From Bacteroidales bacterium (GTDB lineage Bacteria > Bacteroidota > Bacteroidia > Bacteroidales > Muribaculaceae), in the NCBI GenBank assembly GCA_030524765.1, contig JAUNGA010000001.1, forward strand, positions 9,544 through 73,543: a stretch of 64,000 nt of DNA. The letters run 5' to 3'. Under the pieces are notes generated by a model. It did not search any database and had not been told where the DNA came from. It was given only the letters and a program-made list of their open reading frames with translations. The position numbers and the translations under genes were made by a program. Shown one piece after another: positions 1-9,138 of the stretch (the stretch's first letter is position 1; every line of letters starts with the position of its first letter).

Positions 1-93
1 GAGGAGCTGCCCGAACTGTCTGTCGACGAGCTCAACGAGCCCGACGGCGGCGCAGATGCCGATGATGACATCGAGAACGATAACGAACAATAA
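1..93 (+). CDS. gyrA: 3' end of upstream gene; acidic C-terminal tail (EELPELSVDELNEPDGGADADDDIENDNEQ*), probably DNA gyrase subunit A
   Basis: Frame 1 is open to TAA at 91-93 and the tail is highly acidic. GyrA has an acidic tail and, as I recall, precedes a TPR gene in Bacteroidales. The identity rests on synteny only. Confidence 0.45.
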   Translation, partial: EELPELSVDELNEPDGGADADDDIENDNEQ

Positions 94-120
94 TTAACCA
101 CAACCATAACATAACACATC

Positions 121-1344
121 ATGAAAAAACTTACAGTCTTAACCGCCGGACTCCTCCTCGGAGCACTGGCGCTCCCGGCCCAGGAGCAGGTACTTAAAGA
201 CGCCGAACGCGCTCTCAAAGGCGGTCAGACTCCCGCACAGGTGATCGAGATCATCACTCCGGCTTTCTCTGACCCTGCTACGGCCAACAATGCCCAGACC
301 TACGTGATTCCGGGCAAGGCTCTTTTTAAAGACTATGACGAGCTGTATGCCCTCAAGCAGTTCAACAAACTGCCCGAAAATGGCGATGCCACCATGGTAA
401 ACGACCTTCTCGAAGGTTACAATTACTTTGTAAAAGCTCTGCCTCTCGACACCGTGACCGATGCCAAAGGCAAGGTAAAGACCAAATACTCTAAAGAAAT
501 CGTCAGCACTGTGGCCGGCCACTTTACCGACTTCAATGGCGCCGCTCTTGCCGCCTGGGATCTCAAAGACTATAACAAGGCCTACGACGCATGGGAAATC
601 TTCCTGACGCTGCCTTCAAACCCGGTCTTCGGTCCCAAGGTCAACAATGTTCCCGCCGACACGGTCATGGCCGAGGTGCGATTCAACCAGGCTCTTGCCG
701 CATGGCAGGCCGACGAACTGCAGAAATCGCTTGATTCGTTCATGAAGGCCAAAGCCGCCGGCTACAACAAAAAACAGCTGTATGACTACGCTATCGCCGT
801 CGCCACCGGTCTGAAGAACGACGATGCCGTATATGCGCTTGCCAGCGAGGCTGAGCCCATTTACGGCAAAGAAGATCCCAACTATCTGGGCTTCATCATC
901 AACCATTATCTGCAGAAACAGGACTTCGATAAGGCGTTCACCACAATCGACCAGGCTATTGCCGCCAATCCCGACAATGCCCAGTACTATGTTGTAAAAG
1001 GCATCCTCTATGACAACCAGAAGAATCCTGCCGAGGCCAAGGCCATGTTTGAGAAAGCAATCGCTATCGACGCCAACAACTCGATGGCTCTCTACAACTA
1101 TGGCCGTGCGCTCTGCGAGGAGGCATATGCCCTGAGCGACAGCGCACCCACATCGCCCGCCGAAAGCGAGAAATTCTTCAACGAGAAGATCGTGCCCCTC
1201 TTCAAGCAGGCCGCCGACTACCTTGAGAAAGCATGGAACATCGACAACAACAATACCGATGCACTCCGTTATCTCGAGAACGTTTATTACAACCTGCACG
1301 ACGAGAATATGGTGCAGGACGTCAAAGGCCGTCTTGCCATGTAA
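121..1344 (+). CDS. Secreted tetratricopeptide-repeat protein
   Basis: Signal peptide MKKLTVLTAGLLLGALALPAQ; TPR-like helices (AIAANPDNAQYYVVKG, AIAIDANNSMALYNYG). Confidence 0.8.
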   Translation: MKKLTVLTAGLLLGALALPAQEQVLKDAERALKGGQTPAQVIEIITPAFSDPATANNAQTYVIPGKALFKDYDELYALKQFNKLPENGDATMVNDLLEGYNYFVKALPLDTVTDAKGKVKTKYSKEIVSTVAGHFTDFNGAALAAWDLKDYNKAYDAWEIFLTLPSNPVFGPKVNNVPADTVMAEVRFNQALAAWQADELQKSLDSFMKAKAAGYNKKQLYDYAIAVATGLKNDDAVYALASEAEPIYGKEDPNYLGFIINHYLQKQDFDKAFTTIDQAIAANPDNAQYYVVKGILYDNQKNPAEAKAMFEKAIAIDANNSMALYNYGRALCEEAYALSDSAPTSPAESEKFFNEKIVPLFKQAADYLEKAWNIDNNNTDALRYLENVYYNLHDENMVQDVKGRLAM

Positions 1345-1368
1345 TATCGTCTGACACGAAATATATTT

Positions 1369-1406
1369 TGCCGGCTGCCATATCTGTGGACGCCGGCATT
1401 TTTTTT
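1369..1406 (+). terminator. Rho-independent terminator
   Basis: TGCCGGC...GCCGGCA stem followed by a T-run. Confidence 0.75.
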
Positions 1407-1440
1407 ATGCCAAAATCTTTGCTGTTAGAAAAATAATGCC

Positions 1441-1448
1441 TAACTTTG
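1441..1448 (+). promoter_or_regulatory. Bacteroidetes -7 promoter element for rplS
   Basis: TAACTTTG matches TAnnTTTG. Confidence 0.75.
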
Positions 1449-1529
1449 CAGCCGATATCGTAACCTCTGGCCGGATACGTAGCCTGCGTATGTTGCGAAT
1501 AATGTTAACATTCTAAATATCAATTTACA

Positions 1530-1886
1530 ATGGATCTGATTAAAGTAGCCGAAGAAGCTTTTGCAACCGGCAAACAGCACCCCGAATTCGGCCCCGGCGA
1601 CACTATCACAGTGGCTTACCGCATCAAAGAGGGTAACAAGGAGCGTATCCAGCAGTACCGCGGCGTGGTTATCCGCATCTCGGGCGAGGGCTCTAAGAAA
1701 CGTTTCACCGTGCGCAAGATGAGCGACAATATCGGTGTTGAGCGTATTTTCCCCATCGAATCACCCTTTATCGACTCGATCACTGTCAACAAGTACGGTA
1801 AGGTGCGTCGTGCCAAGCTCTACTACCTCCGCGCCCTCACCGGCAAGAAGGCTCGTATCAAAGAGCGTCGCATCGTCAACAAATAA
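1530..1886 (+). CDS. rplS: 50S ribosomal protein L19
   Basis: [24 protein letters not shown]; GVERIFP; [12 protein letters not shown]. Confidence 0.98.
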   Translation: MDLIKVAEEAFATGKQHPEFGPGDTITVAYRIKEGNKERIQQYRGVVIRISGEGSKKRFTVRKMSDNIGVERIFPIESPFIDSITVNKYGKVRRAKLYYLRALTGKKARIKERRIVNK

Positions 1887-1911
1887 TGTCAGACCCTACG
1901 GTCGACAGATT

Positions 1912-1948
1912 ATCCGCCTGACCTGCCCCGGTCGGGCGGATTTATTTT
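1912..1948 (+). terminator. Rho-independent terminator after rplS
   Basis: ATCCGCCTGACC/GGTCGGGCGGAT hairpin followed by TTATTTT. Confidence 0.75.
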
Positions 1949-2023
1949 GCCACAATGGATTATTTCTCGCAAAATTTGTTTAATTTTGTGCTGACTGAAA
2001 AACAAACGACATAAACACTGATT

Positions 2024-3034
2024 ATGAAACTATTTGACCGACTGACCGCAAAGGCCAAGGCCGACCGCCAGCGCATCGTACTGCCCGAGGGCACCGAGCC
2101 GCGCACGCTCAAGGCCGCCGACCGCATCATCGCCGACGATATCGCCGACATAATCTTGATTGGCAACAATGATGAGATAAAACGGATGGCTGTCGACATG
2201 GGTCTGTCCAACATTGACAAGGCTACTATAGTCGACCCTGCCGACAATCATGTCATCGACCGTTACGCTCCGCTGCTTTTCGAGCTGCGTCGTCACAAAG
2301 GCATGACCGAAGAGCAGGCTCGCCTCACCACTGCAAATCCTCTCTATCTTGGCTGCCTGATGGTGAAATCGGGTGATGCCGACGGTGAGGTGGCCGGTGC
2401 GCAGAACACTACCGGCGATGTGCTGCGGGCTGCATTCCAGGTCATCAAGACACCTCCGGGTATAAGTGTGGTATCGGGTGCGTTCCTGATGCTGCTGCCC
2501 GACGATTCTCCTTTCGGCGAGAAAGGCGTCATGGTATTTGCCGACTGCGCCGTGCTGCCTGATCCCAGTGCGGAGGAACTTGCCCAGATCGCTCTCTGCT
2601 CGGCCGATACCGCACGTAATCTGGCCGATATAGAGCCCCGTGTGGCCATGCTGTCGTTCTCAACCAAGGGCTCGGCCAAACATGAGCGTGTCGATAAGGT
2701 CGTCCGTGCCACCGAGCTCGTGCACAAGATGGATCCGTCGCTCATTGTCGACGGCGAGCTTCAGGCTGATGCGGCCATCGTGCCTTCGGTTGCCCATAAA
2801 AAAGCTCCGCAGAGCATGCTCAACGGTAAAGCCGACGTGCTTGTGTTCCCCTCGCTTGAGGTAGGCAACATCGCCTACAAACTCGTGCAGCGTTTTGCCG
2901 GCGTAGAGGCCATCGGCCCGATCCTGCAGGGTCTCGCGGCCCCCGTCAGCGACCTGTCGCGCGGCTGCTATCCCGAAGACATCTACAAAACCATAATTAT
3001 GACATGTTGCCAGGCGATTGGCTCTAAAAAGTAA
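2024..3034 (+). CDS. pta: Phosphate acetyltransferase
   Basis: [13 protein letters not shown]; LSFSTKGSA; DGELQADAA; GNIAYKL; GPILQG; DLSRGC. TAATTTTG promoter at 1981-1988. Confidence 0.96.
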   Translation: MKLFDRLTAKAKADRQRIVLPEGTEPRTLKAADRIIADDIADIILIGNNDEIKRMAVDMGLSNIDKATIVDPADNHVIDRYAPLLFELRRHKGMTEEQARLTTANPLYLGCLMVKSGDADGEVAGAQNTTGDVLRAAFQVIKTPPGISVVSGAFLMLLPDDSPFGEKGVMVFADCAVLPDPSAEELAQIALCSADTARNLADIEPRVAMLSFSTKGSAKHERVDKVVRATELVHKMDPSLIVDGELQADAAIVPSVAHKKAPQSMLNGKADVLVFPSLEVGNIAYKLVQRFAGVEAIGPILQGLAAPVSDLSRGCYPEDIYKTIIMTCCQAIGSKK

Positions 3035-3037
3035 GCT

Positions 3038-4240
3038 ATGAAAATACTTGTTATCAACTCGGGCAGCAGCTCGGTAAAATATAAACTCATCGACACGGCC
3101 ACAGACACCACAATGGCCGAGGGCGGTGTCGAGAAAATCGGCCTTGCCGACGGATTCCTCAAATACAAACGCGCCGACGGCTCAAAAGCGATCCTCGAGC
3201 TCGGCATGACCGATCATCAGGGTGCCATAAAGGCTATCCTCAACTTGCTCACCGACAGCGTAGAGGGCTGCATCAAGTCTTATGACGAAATAGATGCGGT
3301 AGGACATCGCGTGGTGCACGGCGCCGAGAAATTCACCGAGAGCGTGCTGATACACGACGAGGTCAAAGACATGATTCGTCAGTGCTACGATCTTGCTCCG
3401 CTGCATAATCCGGCCAACATGACAGGCATCGAGGCCATCACCGCCCTGATGCCCGACGTGCCTCAGGTGGGTGTGTTCGACACCGCATTCCATCAGACCA
3501 TGCCTGCGAAGGCCTACATGTATGCTCTCCCTTACAAATTTTACAAGGAAGATGGCGTGCGCCGCTACGGATTCCACGGCACCAGCCACCGCTATGTGTC
3601 TCAGCGGGTGTGCGAATTCCTCGGTCTCAATGCAGCTGATGTGCGCATCATCACCTGCCATGTGGGCAACGGCGGTTCTATCACAGCTGTCGACCACGGC
3701 CACAGCGTCGATACCTCGATGGGTCTCACTCCGACCGAGGGCCTGATGATGGGCACTCGTGTGGGTGACGTAGACCCGGGTGCGCTCACCTATCTGATGA
3801 CCAAGCACAATCTCAGCGTCGAGCAGCTGCAGAAGATCATCAATAAGGAGAGTGGCATGGCCGGCGTTACCGAAATCTCGAGCGACATGCGCGAGATCGA
3901 GGCTGCCGTCAATGCCGGTGACGAGCGTGCCAAGCTCGGTCTCGACATGTATGAACTGCGCATAACCAAATATATCGGTGCATACGCGGCCGAGATGGGT
4001 GGCGTCGACGTGATAGTCTTCACCGGCGGTGTCGGCGAGAACCAGGCCGGTCTGCGTGCCGACGTGTGCCGTCCGCTCGCCTTTATGGGCGTAGAGCTCG
4101 ACGAGCAGCTCAATGCCGGCATCCGTGGCGTAGAAGCCGAGATCAGCAAACCTTCGTCGCGTGTCAAGGTGTGTGTCATCCCCACCGACGAGGAGCTCAT
4201 GATCGCCCGCGACACAGAGGCTATCGTGGCAAAGAAATAA
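3038..4240 (+). CDS. ackA: Acetate kinase
   Basis: ILVINSGSSSVKY; GHRVVHG; APLHNP; FDTAFH; RRYGFHGTSH; DTSMGLTP; IPTDEE. Confidence 0.97.
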   Translation: MKILVINSGSSSVKYKLIDTATDTTMAEGGVEKIGLADGFLKYKRADGSKAILELGMTDHQGAIKAILNLLTDSVEGCIKSYDEIDAVGHRVVHGAEKFTESVLIHDEVKDMIRQCYDLAPLHNPANMTGIEAITALMPDVPQVGVFDTAFHQTMPAKAYMYALPYKFYKEDGVRRYGFHGTSHRYVSQRVCEFLGLNAADVRIITCHVGNGGSITAVDHGHSVDTSMGLTPTEGLMMGTRVGDVDPGALTYLMTKHNLSVEQLQKIINKESGMAGVTEISSDMREIEAAVNAGDERAKLGLDMYELRITKYIGAYAAEMGGVDVIVFTGGVGENQAGLRADVCRPLAFMGVELDEQLNAGIRGVEAEISKPSSRVKVCVIPTDEELMIARDTEAIVAKK

Positions 4241-4265
4241 CCTTGCCGTCTGCAGACAAGATATT

Positions 4266-4292
4266 AAAGTCCGGCCCGTGGGGTCGGACTTT
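4266..4292 (+). terminator. Terminator after ackA
   Basis: AAAGTCCGGCCC-GTG-GGGTCGGACTTT hairpin. Confidence 0.75.
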
Positions 4293-4442
4293 ATTTATAT
4301 AGTCGCTCTTAGTCGGACAAAACATAGCTTGCGGACTACTTTATCAAGCTTCTTAACTATTATTAGACAGTGTAATACAACATTGATACTAATTTTTACG
4401 TTAAAATTTCGATTCTGTGATTTAGAATCAGAAATAATTTTG

Positions 4443-4450
4443 TAACTTTG
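4443..4450 (+). promoter_or_regulatory. -7 promoter element for rpoD
   Basis: TAACTTTG. Confidence 0.7.
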
Positions 4451-4485
4451 CACGATTTAGCATCTATTCGGTTTAATAAAGAGAA

Positions 4486-5346
4486 ATGAGACAATTAAAA
4501 ATCACCAAATCTATCACCAACCGCGAAAGCGCATCGCTTGACAAATATCTGCAGGAGATTGGCCGTGAAGAGCTTATCTCTGTCGAGGAAGAAGTTGAGC
4601 TCGCCCAGCGTATCAAACAAGGTGACCAGGCTGCTCTCGAAAAACTCACCCGTGCCAACCTTCGTTTCGTGGTTTCGGTGGCAAAACAGTACCAGAATCA
4701 GGGTCTGTCGCTTCCCGACCTTATCAACGAGGGTAATCTCGGCTTGATTAAAGCTGCAAGAAAATTCGATGAGACGCGTGGTTTTAAGTTCATCTCTTAC
4801 GCCGTATGGTGGATCCGTCAGTCGATCCTGCAGGCTCTGGCCGAGCAGTCGCGTATTGTGCGTCTGCCGCTCAACCAGGTAGGTTCGCTCAACAAGATCA
4901 GCAAGGCCCTGTCAAAATTCGAGCAGGAGAACGAGCGCCGTCCCTCGCCCGAGGAACTCGCCGAGAGCCTCGACGTGCCTGTCGAGAAGATTGCCGACAC
5001 CCTCAAGGTATCGGGCCGTCATATCTCGGTCGACGCGCCCTTTGTCGAGGGCGAAGACAACAGCCTGCTCGATGTGCTCACCAACGATGACTCGCCAATG
5101 GCCGACGCGACACTCAACCAGGAGTCGCTCTCAAACGAGGTCGAGCGGGCATTGCGCCAGCTGCATGAGCGTGAGCGCGAGATTCTCAAGCTATTCTTCG
5201 GCATCGGTTGTCAGGAAATGACTCTCGAGGAGATCGGCGCCAAATTTGAGCTCACACGCGAACGTGTGCGTCAGATCAAGGAAAAAGCCATACGACGACT
5301 CAAAGGACAGAAGAGTCGACTACTCAAATCTTATTTAGGTCAGTGA
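4486..5346 (+). CDS. rpoD: Primary sigma-70 factor (Bacteroidetes SigA/RpoD type, lacking region 1.1)
   Basis: [12 protein letters not shown]; [33 protein letters not shown]; TRERVRQI. Confidence 0.93.
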   Translation: MRQLKITKSITNRESASLDKYLQEIGREELISVEEEVELAQRIKQGDQAALEKLTRANLRFVVSVAKQYQNQGLSLPDLINEGNLGLIKAARKFDETRGFKFISYAVWWIRQSILQALAEQSRIVRLPLNQVGSLNKISKALSKFEQENERRPSPEELAESLDVPVEKIADTLKVSGRHISVDAPFVEGEDNSLLDVLTNDDSPMADATLNQESLSNEVERALRQLHEREREILKLFFGIGCQEMTLEEIGAKFELTRERVRQIKEKAIRRLKGQKSRLLKSYLGQ

Positions 5347-5358
5347 CCGACCCCGTGC

Positions 5359-5440
5359 AAGCCCCGCCCTCAAAGCGGGGCTTTTACGTGGCCGGTACTT
5401 GACTTTTTATTTACAAAGCCGCATCTTTTTGCGGCTTTGT
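5359..5440 (+). terminator. Two tandem terminator-like hairpins after rpoD
   Basis: AAGCCCCGC/GCGGGGCTTTT at 5359-5385 and ACAAAGCCGCA/TGCGGCTTTGT at 5413-5440. Confidence 0.7.
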
Positions 5441-5505
5441 TTGTGACTTGAGCGAAATTTGCATTATCTTTGACATCTCAAATCATCACTCTCCATCACA
5501 GACCG

Positions 5506-6162
5506 ATGTACAGAAAAGGCAAACTATACTTCCGTTACGGCACCATGGGCTCGGCCAAGACCGCCCTGCTGCTTACGACGGCATACAATTTCGAAGAGCG
5601 GCATATGGATTATATGTGCCTGAAACCCGTGATCGACACACGCGAGCAACGCAATGTGATACACTCGCGCATCGGCATCGAACGCGAGTGCCGATGGATA
5701 TATTCGGGCACAGATCTCTACCGCATGGCTCTTGACCTGTATCGCGACGAGCACCGTATTGTCGACTGGTATCTGATCGATGAAGCACAGTTTCTCACCG
5801 AACGTCAGGTCGACCAGCTCGCACGGGTGGTCGACGATCTGGGCAGCAATGTGATATGCTACGGCCTGCGTACCGACTTCCAGACGCATCTCTTCGAGGG
5901 CTCGCGACGTCTGTTTGAAATCGCCGATACTATCGACGAGATCAAATCGACATGTAATTGCGGACACAAGACTATAGTGAATGCCCGTATCGATTCGCAT
6001 GGCGACTTTGTCGACGAAGGCGAGCAGGTCGAGATCGGCGGTGATGACCGCTATGTGGCGGTATGCCGCCGTTGTTGGCGCAACAAGCACATCGAGCAAA
6101 GCTCACGTGCCACACTTCCGCTTGATTTGGATTTTGATCACGAACTATTGCCGGAATCATGA
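5506..6162 (+). CDS. tdk: Thymidine kinase
   Basis: YGTMGSAKT Walker A; LIDEAQF; YGLRTDF; FEGS; C-x-C and CRRC zinc ligands. Start moved to ATG 5506, downstream of TATCTTTG at 5465-5472. Confidence 0.95.
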   Translation: MYRKGKLYFRYGTMGSAKTALLLTTAYNFEERHMDYMCLKPVIDTREQRNVIHSRIGIERECRWIYSGTDLYRMALDLYRDEHRIVDWYLIDEAQFLTERQVDQLARVVDDLGSNVICYGLRTDFQTHLFEGSRRLFEIADTIDEIKSTCNCGHKTIVNARIDSHGDFVDEGEQVEIGGDDRYVAVCRRCWRNKHIEQSSRATLPLDLDFDHELLPES

Positions 6163-6608
6163 TAGTGTCAAATCTCGACGACGCCGCTCGTTACGGCGCC
6201 ATATCAGAGCGTATCGCTCTTGCAATCGACTGGCTTAAGGCAAATACCGGTAATTATCCCGAACCCGGTACATCGGTGGGGATAGGCATGGGAGTGATTG
6301 TCAAAAGCGAATCGCCCATGCTCGTCAACCGCGAGATGGCCAGGCTCGAGGCTCATCGCAAATATATCGACATACATGTGCCCGTCAAAGGCAACGAGAC
6401 GATAGGCTGGGCGCCGGTGGCCGATCTGGTGCACGCACTCGCGCCCTACGACGATGATCGCGATATCGCTTTTTACGGTGACTCGGCACGCAGCCTGCTG
6501 CATCTGCGTCCGGGGCAGATTGCCGTTTTTTTCCCCGAAGACGCACATGCGCCAAACATAGGTATCGGCCTGCACACCAAACTTTGTGTAAAGATTCCGT
6601 GTTTATAG
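6159..6608 (+). CDS. YhcH/YjgK/YiaL family protein
   Basis: LEAHRKYIDIH; YDDDRDIAFY; AVFFPEDAHAP. ATGA overlap with tdk. Confidence 0.88.
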   Translation: MIVSNLDDAARYGAISERIALAIDWLKANTGNYPEPGTSVGIGMGVIVKSESPMLVNREMARLEAHRKYIDIHVPVKGNETIGWAPVADLVHALAPYDDDRDIAFYGDSARSLLHLRPGQIAVFFPEDAHAPNIGIGLHTKLCVKIPCL

Positions 6609-6612
6609 ATTT

Positions 6613-7374
6613 ATGAAAAAATTCATCACCATATCGCTGTTTGTTTTGCTTGCGTGGATGTCGGTTTTTGCTGCGACACCCGATTTTACAAACGAGACAG
6701 TCTCATACAAGGTCATGTACAAATGGGGCCTGATCAACAAACAGGCGGGTCGGGCGACCATCAACATACGTCATGAGGGCGACAAGTATCTTATGGCTCT
6801 TGTCGCAAGGTCAGAGCCATGGGCCGACAAGTTTTTCTGTGTGCGCGACACACTGATCGGCTCGATGAATGCACGCACTTTCACGCCGATCATATATGAG
6901 AAGATGTCGCATGAAGGTGCCGAAGACAAACATGATGTGGTACGCTTCGAGAGACATGGCAATACGGTCACCGGCTATTGCACCCGCCGTGTGATAAAAA
7001 AAGGTCAGCTAAAAATCGATGACAGCCGCGTCCTCAAGGCCGAGGGTGTCACTGTCGATATGCTCTCGTCGTTCTACTATATGCGATCGCTGCCATTCGA
7101 CAAATGGCATCAGGGCCAGCAGTCGACTATCAATATATTCTCGGGCAAACGCAAAGAGTTGCTTACATTCAAATATCATGGCATCGAGGATGTGAAGATC
7201 GACGGCAAGGTATATCGTTGCTATCACATCACATTCATATTTACAGGCGACGGAGGCAGAAAGTCATCAGACGACATGGATGCATGGCTTACAGCCGACT
7301 CGCGCCGATTGCCGGTGCAACTCGAGGGAAAACTGCCCGTCGGCAAGGTGCGTTGTCAGATCATGGACAATTAA
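6613..7374 (+). CDS. DUF3108-like secreted protein
   Basis: Signal peptide; ETVSYKVMYKWG; DMLSSFYYMRS; W.T.D..RLPV. Confidence 0.75.
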   Translation: MKKFITISLFVLLAWMSVFAATPDFTNETVSYKVMYKWGLINKQAGRATINIRHEGDKYLMALVARSEPWADKFFCVRDTLIGSMNARTFTPIIYEKMSHEGAEDKHDVVRFERHGNTVTGYCTRRVIKKGQLKIDDSRVLKAEGVTVDMLSSFYYMRSLPFDKWHQGQQSTINIFSGKRKELLTFKYHGIEDVKIDGKVYRCYHITFIFTGDGGRKSSDDMDAWLTADSRRLPVQLEGKLPVGKVRCQIMDN

Positions 7375-7387
7375 TGTTTACAAGCTT

Positions 7388-8749
7388 ATGTCGAGTTACC
7401 GTATCAAGAGACTGACCGCAAAAGCCATCAACCTGTGGCGCTATTGTTCGACCGATGTCTGGCGCGACACCCGTCGCAGCCGTTGGATCGATGTGGTCAA
7501 GACACTCAATCTGTCGGTACGGTCGTTTCTCAACCACGATATACAGTCGCAGGCGTGCTCGATGACATATCGCACCCTGCTGGCCATTGTGCCGGCTCTT
7601 GCGCTGCTTTTCGCAATCGGTCGCGGATTCGGTCTGCAAAATGCATTGCAGGACGAGCTCTATCGTATCTTCCCGGCCCAGCATCAGGCGGTGAGCTATG
7701 CCATGCAATTCGTCGATTCATATCTCAGTCAGGCGTCTGAGGGGCTGTTTGTGGGCGTAGGCATAGTCTTTCTGCTCTGGACGATGATCTCGCTGCTCAG
7801 CAATGTCGAGGATGTGTTCAATACCATATGGAGCGTGAAACAGGGCCGCAGTTTTGTGCGCAAGATCACCGACTATACGGCCATGCTGATGATCCTGCCT
7901 GTCATCATGATATGCGCGGGCGGTCTGTCGCTCATGCTCAGTTCGACTATACGGTCAATCTTTGATGTCGATTTCCTCACGCCATTGGTCTCGTTTATCG
8001 TCGAGGGCATGTCGTGGGTGATGACTTGGCTGTTTTTCGGCCTGCTTTACATACTTATACCCAATACAAGGGTCAAGACGGTCAATGCGCTCATCGCCGG
8101 CGTGTTTGCCGGCACGGGTTTTCTCGTGTTGCAGTGGGTGTTTGTCACCGGCCAGATGTATGTCGCACGCTACAATGCCATCTACGGCTCGTTCTCGTTT
8201 CTGCCTCTTATGCTGATATGGATGCAGCTCACATGGGTCGTGACGCTGGCCGGCGGCGTGATATGTTATTCGTCGCAGAATATATTCATGTATAATTTCG
8301 ACAATGCCATCCGCAATATGTCGTCGAGCTATTATTCTCGTCTCATGTTGGCTGTCTGCGCCCTGTCGGTGCAAGACTTTGTAGCCGGACGTGGCGCGAT
8401 GCTTGTCAGCGATGCTGTCAAGCGTTACAATCTGCCGCCTCGTCTTGTGTCGCTGATGTGCGACAAGCTGGTCAAGGCCCGCGTGCTGTCGGTCGTCGAG
8501 GTTGATCCCAGACACGAGATCTTCGGTTATCAGCCTGCACTCGACCCGGCAAAACTCACCGTAGCCGAGGTCTTCAGACGTCTCGACTCTATCGGCTCTA
8601 AGGATTTTATACCTGATTTCAAGATCAATTTCCCGGGCGTCGCCGAGGCTTGCAGACGTATATACGCCGAGCAGGAGTCACTGACATCGACCATGCTGCT
8701 CTCGCAGCTCGAGATAAATCGATCCCCTAAATCCGAATCGTTAACCTAA
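7388..8749 (+). CDS. YihY/virulence factor BrkB family membrane protein
   Basis: MTYRTLLAIVP; VEDVFNTIW; multiple TM segments; YNAIYGSF. Start likely ATG 7388. Confidence 0.88.
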   Translation: MSSYRIKRLTAKAINLWRYCSTDVWRDTRRSRWIDVVKTLNLSVRSFLNHDIQSQACSMTYRTLLAIVPALALLFAIGRGFGLQNALQDELYRIFPAQHQAVSYAMQFVDSYLSQASEGLFVGVGIVFLLWTMISLLSNVEDVFNTIWSVKQGRSFVRKITDYTAMLMILPVIMICAGGLSLMLSSTIRSIFDVDFLTPLVSFIVEGMSWVMTWLFFGLLYILIPNTRVKTVNALIAGVFAGTGFLVLQWVFVTGQMYVARYNAIYGSFSFLPLMLIWMQLTWVVTLAGGVICYSSQNIFMYNFDNAIRNMSSSYYSRLMLAVCALSVQDFVAGRGAMLVSDAVKRYNLPPRLVSLMCDKLVKARVLSVVEVDPRHEIFGYQPALDPAKLTVAEVFRRLDSIGSKDFIPDFKINFPGVAEACRRIYAEQESLTSTMLLSQLEINRSPKSESLT

Positions 8750-8757
8750 AACACAAT

Positions 8758-9138
8758 ATGGAAATGAAAAAAGTAATCGCAACTCTCAACGCTCCGGGCG
8801 CTATCGGCCCCTACTCACAGGCTATCGACACAGGCGCATTCGTCTTTGCTTCCGGTCAGATACCCATCAACCCTGCCGACGGCAAAATCCCCGACGGAAT
8901 CAAGGCTCAGACCATGCAGGCCATCGCTAACGTTACCGCTATACTCAATGAGGCCGGTCTTACGCTCGACAATGTTGTCAAGACCACGGTATATCTCGCC
9001 GACATGGGCGACTTCCAGGCTATGAACGAGGTCTATGGCCAGTCGTTCACCGCGCCTTATCCCGCTCGTTCGGCTGTGGCAGTGCGTGAGCTGCCCAAAA
9101 AGGTGCTTGTCGAAATCGAAGTGCTTGCCGCACGCTGA
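8758..9138 (+). CDS. ridA: RidA/YjgF enamine-imine deaminase
   Basis: APGAIGPYSQA; FASGQIP; VVKTTVYL; PARSAV; VEIE. Alternative start 8764. Confidence 0.93.
   Translation: MEMKKVIATLNAPGAIGPYSQAIDTGAFVFASGQIPINPADGKIPDGIKAQTMQAIANVTAILNEAGLTLDNVVKTTVYLADMGDFQAMNEVYGQSFTAPYPARSAVAVRELPKKVLVEIEVLAAR

Noticed and set aside
4486-5346. Unusually short primary sigma factor
   Set aside because: Lack of region 1.1 is normal for Bacteroidetes.
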